Positions 63,378 to 64,000 of a stretch of 64,000 bases of DNA are shown here, piece after piece (position 1 is the first letter of the stretch; the number at the start of each line of letters is the position of its first letter). The position numbers and the translations under genes were made by a program. Source of the stretch: Octopus vulgaris (Eukaryota); NCBI GenBank assembly GCA_951406725.2, contig OX597822.1, positions 98,580,001-98,644,000 on the forward strand. Direction: 5' to 3'. The notes under the pieces were generated by a model. The model was not told the DNA's origin and searched no databases. It saw nothing but the letters and a program-made list of their open reading frames with translations.

Positions 63378-63414
63378 CTAAAATTTTCGTTGCGTCTTGC
63401 AACCTTTTCAGTAG
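63378..63414 (-). ncRNA. Minimal hammerhead-like motif (G8A variant)
   Basis: Minus strand CTA-CTGAAAA-G-GTTGC-AAGAC-GCAAC-GAAA-AT-TT-TAG. Confidence 0.45.
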
Positions 63415-64000
63415 TCTTGATCCGTTATTTACACTGAGTTCCCTTTTGTTTGTTTGTGCGCATGTGTGTGGGACAGTGAGTCAGTATGTGTGTGTGCTTT
63501 ACAAACACCAAGAAGACAGTAACTCGCTTTGTAATCGTGACTGCACCAAACATTATGCGTGCGTATACTCACATTCTCGTAGATATTTGTATGCGCGAGT
63601 GTACTCCCACTATGCATCTTGCTCGAGGGCATTTATACATCCATATTTGTTAACGGTAATTTTTAATACTTTCCTCGCTGTATTGCGTGTTCGTTTCTCT
63701 TTTTTCCATCTGTTATTTTATTTTTAATCTTCCATGTAAATGAAAATATGTCGTCCGTTTGATTGCTTTTCTTTCTACAAAATGAGAAGTTACATTAATG
63801 AGTTGTGTCTATTTATCATCCAATGAGATACATCTCCACTGCCGGATACTCTTGAAGCAGTTGTTGTGTGTCCCCCCGTGAGGGATCAATGGTAGACGTG
63901 TCGATACAATTGTCGTGATTAATAATAAATTCTCGTATATTCCATCTTTCGTCTTTCATTTGCTATATACATAACGAACAGATCACCGAGGAAGAGATCG

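Overview
AT-rich eukaryotic repeat-dominated DNA with no recognisable host gene. The tRNA-derived SINE families look like those of octopus/coleoid cephalopods; this is recognition from memory, not a database check. The only real coding signal is from dead transposons: a 5'-truncated RT + restriction-like-endonuclease LINE of the Dong/R4 type plus four 3' fragments, all in or beside (TAA)n arrays; a mariner D,D34D transposase fragment; and an internally deleted Penelope-like (RT + GIY-YIG) element. The rest is about 30 SINE copies, MITEs, two non-autonomous Helitrons, microsatellites and an A/T-tract satellite with inverted duplications. Nearly all ORFs in the supplied track are microsatellite artefacts. 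The main hidden signal is a set of type I hammerhead-ribozyme (HHR) folds in several unrelated short non-coding elements, most next to microsatellites. These include a 401-bp tandem-unit retrozyme-like element with a canonical core (32443-33001) and a young inverted-repeat element with one HHR in each arm (42582-43545). All folds were assigned by eye and none is shown to cleave.
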